From assembly GCF_963853765.1 (NCBI RefSeq), contig NC_088858.1, forward strand, positions 4,960,001 through 5,024,000: DNA of 64,000 nt, read 5' to 3'. A program made the translations under genes and the position numbers. The stretch comes from Magallana gigas (taxonomy: Eukaryota). Shown piece by piece: positions 59,370-64,000 of the stretch; position 1 is the first letter of the stretch, and each line of letters begins with the position of its first letter. Below the pieces are notes generated by a model. It had not been told where the DNA came from, did not search any database, and saw nothing but the letters and a program-made list of their open reading frames with translations.

Positions 59370-61062
59370 GGCTGATTCTCCGAACGCCTACTGCCCAATT
59401 ATCATTATTCAATTATACTGGGCAATTATGGGGCCTTCTAAAGGGGCGCAGGTAGACTTTACCTGTGTTTCCTTCAATGAAAAATAATACAACAGTTTGT
59501 CATTTTTGTTAAATTTTTAATGTCTTTATAATTTAAATTGTTGCATAAATAAAAAGAAAACATTGAATCAATTTTAATATATCTATTTAATTTATTAGCA
59601 CTACATGTAATTCAATAAAACAATGTTTTAAAATTGCATAACATTTTATATACAATTTTCTTTTTATTTTGACACAAAGAACAGTTTTATAACAAACTCA
59701 TAAATACATGGATGTCTAAATCATAAATAACAATTTAAAATGACAAAAAGTTTTAAAAAGTATAATTTATACCAATATATATAAACAATATTTACACAGA
59801 TACTAATATGGGCACTGAGTCTGTCTTAATGTCCTTTCACGTTCAATGTCACTATGTCAATGAAGAAGTTCCGATGCTGAATCTGCGTAGGTCATAAGGT
59901 CGATGAGGCTGGGGCAGGTGTAGAGGGTTCCATCACAGAAGAAGGTCTCGGAGGCAGCAAGGTCTTGAAGGTTGTATGTTGTCGCAAACGCAAGTATCGT
60001 GTTGTTCTGGAAGATGTTATCTAGTAGAAGGAATGGTTGTCCCGTCTCTGTCTCTGTCCATTTCCCCTCCAGTCTGATGTCTGCTGTAGTCTTTGGAAGT
60101 GGTGGTGTCTGTTTCCTGCGGGCTCTGTAGAGTGATGACCTGGCGGTGTTGAAAGCAGCCTCTCGATGAGCTCTCTGCTGGTGTCGCCCCATTCGTTGTC
60201 TCGGAGTTTGTTGGGTTCTTCGCTGAAAATGGAGGGGATGGGCCTAACTTCATCTGTACATCTTATGGAGATGGCTGTCATAATTTGTTTGGCGACAACT
60301 TCAGTGTGGTCCGCTGCATGGGTGTGTTGCTGTTGTCCAAAACCTGTGGGGATGTCGTTCTCTGTTGAGATACTGGCGGAACACCCAGATGTAGTGCACC
60401 TCCAGAAGATCTATCTATTTACAGCTTGGATGAGTTCAGTTCAACATCTTTACAGTAATTGATTTCAAAACAAATATGTAAAAAATATCAGTGATTTTTT
60501 TTACCATAATGATGTTCAATTACATGGTTTTATGACTTTGTTATTAAAAAATATTTAAGATTATGTCGTTCATTTATTCACAGCTAGGACAAATTTGTTG
60601 AAGCAAGTGATTTTTTATCATAATTTTATCTCAGTCATAATTTAGATAATCATCATTTAAAATCTCTGATTTTAATTTATACCTTAAGATATAATGTTTT
60701 ATTTTGTTAAGATGTAAATTTAAAAATGAAGAAAGATATTTTATTTTTATTTTTTTAAATAATATTTAATGATTATTTTATTTCACTGAAACATTTAGGT
60801 TTTTAAAAAAAATATGGTATTTTTAATATAATTTCAGGTACATGCAGCCATTAGCACTATTTATTGCATCTTTTTATTTTTTTAAATTAAAAATAAGACA
60901 ATGTCGTCTACCTGTGAACCAAAGTATATACGTATATGTAAAGTCTACCTGTGTCCTAAAGTATATACAGGTAAAGTCTACCTGTGTTCCCTTAGAGGGC
61001 CCCATAATTGCCTTGACCAATTATTATTTTTAATTGATGAGTAGGCGTTCGGAGAACACACC
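59370..61062 (-). mobile_element. Internally deleted Mutator-like (MULE) DNA transposon with a frameshifted transposase remnant
   Basis: ~90-bp imperfect TIRs (TTCTCCGAACGCCTACT...GGCAATTATGGGGCC.TCTAA.GG...CAGGTAGACTTTACCTGT). CTTTTGGT is duplicated at 59362-59369 and 61063-61070. Minus-strand fragments HTHAADHTEVVAKQ, FNTARSSLYRARRKQTPPLPKT and AFAT...SETFFCDGT resemble FLYWCH-MULE transposases. Confidence 0.82.
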
Positions 61063-61205
61063 CTTTTGGTATATGAAACAGTTTACACAGCGTGAGTCCG
61101 CGCGAAAGCCGACGTTAGATTTTTTCGGGTTATACTAGTCGGGTTCGATGTTCTTTAAACGAACATCGAGCACGATCATAAATTATGATTGCGTAACCAA
61201 ATAAA

Positions 61206-63948
61206 ATGGGTACCAAAGGAAAGACCATCATCTGTCTTTTTAGAAATGATCTGCGAATTCATGACAATGAGGTATTTTAATTACAGATGCAGGGAAGTAT
61301 CTCCTGTTGTCTTGTTTTGTAATTTCTACTTGCCAACTTACTATATCTAATTTTAAACAGTCTATAAATGTCGAACTCAGCATGCTCAAAGCAACACCGA
61401 CAGAAACCGAACATCATATTCAGTACTATCAAGGCTGACAAGCATGCAACATGAATTACAGTCACTGTTGAGTTGCACAAGTCATTCGTTGTCGATCTCT
61501 ACAAAATTTTAATAAGGGCAACTTCCTATTGTCTCTTTGTAATCATTTCTGTAATTTTTGACATCTCAAAAATTAAAGTTAATTTTTCTATGTCTATATT
61601 TGCAGGTGCTGCAGTGGGCTAACAGAAATGCTGACTTCGTACTGCCTATGTACATATTTGACCCCAGACATTTTGGAGGAACCTATCACTTTGGGTTTCC
61701 TAAGACAGGACCCCACAGAACAAAATTTCTACTCGAGAGCATACAGGACTTAAGAAAGAACCTCAAGATAAGGGGCAGGTTAGGCTAAAGCTGTTAATTT
61801 CCAGCCTGATTGATACTTGTAAAAGAATGAGCACTAATGCTTTACACAATTGGTTTTGTTTTGTTAACATAAGTGACCAGTGACAGTGGGTTTTTTCCAG
61901 TGGCCTTGCAGTCAGGAAAGGTAAACCCCATGAGGAGTTAAAGAAGATGATTGACATGTTAGGTCAAAGTTCAGTTCACTCAGTCGTGTTCCATGAAGAG
62001 GTGTGTGTAGATACTTGTGTACTTGAATTTGAAAATTAAAAATAATTCATTTTGGAGAAGGGCATTTTCAATGCAAACAGTCCTGATTCTTTGCTACAAT
62101 AATTTTTACTGCTTCTTCAAACTTTTCTGATCATTGTTCACTACAGAGCAATATGTTTATGAGACAGGGAATTATTTTTGCTACATAACATAAAATCCTG
62201 TCAGTTTAAAAAAGAAAGCAATTTTTCCTGTCAAACTAATAGAAAAAAATAGGCAAGGGATATTATGTAGTAAACAGGTGTTCTAATATTTTATCAGAAA
62301 ATCAAAATTATATCTGTTAAACCATTATCTAATTCAGTTGAACCCACTGTATTATCAAACCTTTAATGAACGGTTGAAGCAGAAAGTAGATATTACAAAT
62401 AGACTGTGTACACTACACTGAATAAAATGGTGATGCTGCTTCATATGTGCATTATTACAAGAAGAAAAAATATTTGAAAACAAAAGAAAAAGAGTTTAAC
62501 TACAATGAGCTGGTTGGTTGAATACGTTGTATGTGATATATTTCTGTTACATACACTTGTTTTTTGTTTTCTTAATAAAATAAGCTGTAACAGTAGTATG
62601 ATATGCAGGTAACTCAAGAGGAACTGGATGTAGAGAAATCCATCAAAAAACATTGTGGAGTTAACATCAAAACGTTCTGGGGTCACACGTTATACCACCG
62701 TGAAGATCTCCCATTCTCTCCATCCCAGTAAGTGGCAATCTGTATTCATTTCTATCTCTCTTACTTAAACAATAGTATATTAAAATCTGATAAGCACAAT
62801 GGTTGTACATTTTCTTTCAATGCTTTAAGAACACCTGATGTGTACACACAGTTCAGAAAACGGGTTGAATCGCAAGCACCTGTCAGAAAGTGCCTGGACA
62901 TGCCCAAGTCCTTCAGGCCTCTGCCGGAGGGAGTAGAGGAGGGGGAGATCCCCACAAATAAAGACCTGGGAGTGGAAGGTAAACACTCTTTTACATTGAT
63001 TTTTTTATGTACACTGTACTTGGGTAGTTCATCATGTACTGTATATTGCAATCATGTGTATAAATACAACTAAGGGAAATATATAAATAATGATGCTTTT
63101 CATATCTGTGATATAGGTCTCTTACAGAATAGGAAATTTTTTTCAGAATGTTCCTTTCTTTGATTTCAGATCCAGTGACAGATCCCAGATCTGTGGTGGA
63201 TTTTCTGGGTGGGGAGTCAGTGGCCATAGATAGACTTCACCATTACCTGTGGGAAACCGATGCCATTGCTACTTATAAAGAAACCCGGAATGGTCTATTA
63301 GGGGCAGACTACTCTACCAAGTTTTCAGTCTGGTAGGAGTGAAAGTCAATTTTATTTATAAAAAAGTTGACAGTATATGTGATTTTCTTATCTCCTAAGC
63401 TATATAATGATTCACATCAAAATCTAGGTAAGAAAGTTTAAGGTGGTATGGGACACCTGTCGATATTAATTTGGATAGTAGATGACATGTATGATCAAAA
63501 TATATCACAGTTTTAAAATGATAAAATTTTACAATGTTTGACCAACAAATATATTTTAAAATTTTTTGGAAAGGTAAAAATTATAAAAGCCCCAGTAGGA
63601 TTTAACTTACAGATTCATAGTAAACCCTGTTACCCATTGCATTATGCTGTACAGTAACAATTTTGGGAAAGAAAACAATTGTAAAGTTATACTTGATTTT
63701 ATTGTTTATTTCGTTCAGAAGTATGTCACAATATGGAGGTATCTCTTACCACCTGAATGATTCTGTTGTATTTGTAGGCTGGCACTTGGCTCTCTTTCTC
63801 CTCGTCACATTTTCTGGGAAGTAAAGCGTTATGAGAACGAGAGAACTTCCAATAATTCCACATACTGGGTTCTGTTTGAACTCATTTGGAGAGACTATTT
63901 TAGATATGTAGCAATGAAGTATGGAAATCAGATTTTTTATGAAGGAGG
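61206..63948 (+). CDS. cry-dash: Cryptochrome DASH, first seven exons; gene continues past the right edge
   Basis: MGTKGKTIICLFRNDLRIHDNE|VLQWAN...PMYIFDPRHFGGTYHFGFPKTGPHRTKFLLESIQDLRKNL...PDVYTQFRKRVES...FLGGESVAIDRLHHYLW...YKETRNGLLGADYSTKFSVW|LALGSLSPR...YWVLFELIWRDYFRY; these are DASH-type motifs. Confidence 0.93.
63442..63753. mobile_element. Kolobok-like MITE in a cry-DASH intron
   Basis: TTAA|GGTGGTATGGGACACCT ... AGGTATCTCTTACCACC|TGAA: imperfect TIRs with a TTAA-like flank. Confidence 0.65.
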
Positions 63949-64000
63949 TAAGAATCTCCAAGATCTTTACCACAGTATATTTTGTCAGTTATTACTACAA

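Overview
AT-rich, intron-rich animal genomic DNA. The repeat content looks bivalve/oyster-like (inference). I assembled eight spliced protein-coding genes by hand from splice sites and reading phase: CLHC1 (minus, runs off the left edge), PSMC4/Rpt3 (plus, head-to-head with CLHC1), a ~907-aa Macro-like + 3xTIR + repeat + CaaX protein (minus), a secreted six-VWA-domain protein (minus), EIF1AD (plus), a C20orf85/CIMIP1-family ciliary protein (minus), a GDA1/CD39 NTPDase with a signal peptide and a hydrophobic C-tail (minus), and cryptochrome DASH (plus, runs off the right edge). Introns and the gene-poor 43-61 kb stretch hold MITEs (hAT-, Kolobok- and Helentron-like plus unclassified palindromic families), two LINE remnants, a deleted MULE transposon and two minisatellites with higher-order structure. 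The most notable item is the 12-exon gene at 11407-23009. It fuses an ADP-ribose-binding-type Macro fold to three tandem TIR domains that differ at the NADase catalytic Glu, and ends in a prenylation motif. That is the same domain pair used in bacterial type II Thoeris signalling, here in one probably membrane-tethered animal protein. No database searches were run; family calls come from motif recognition.
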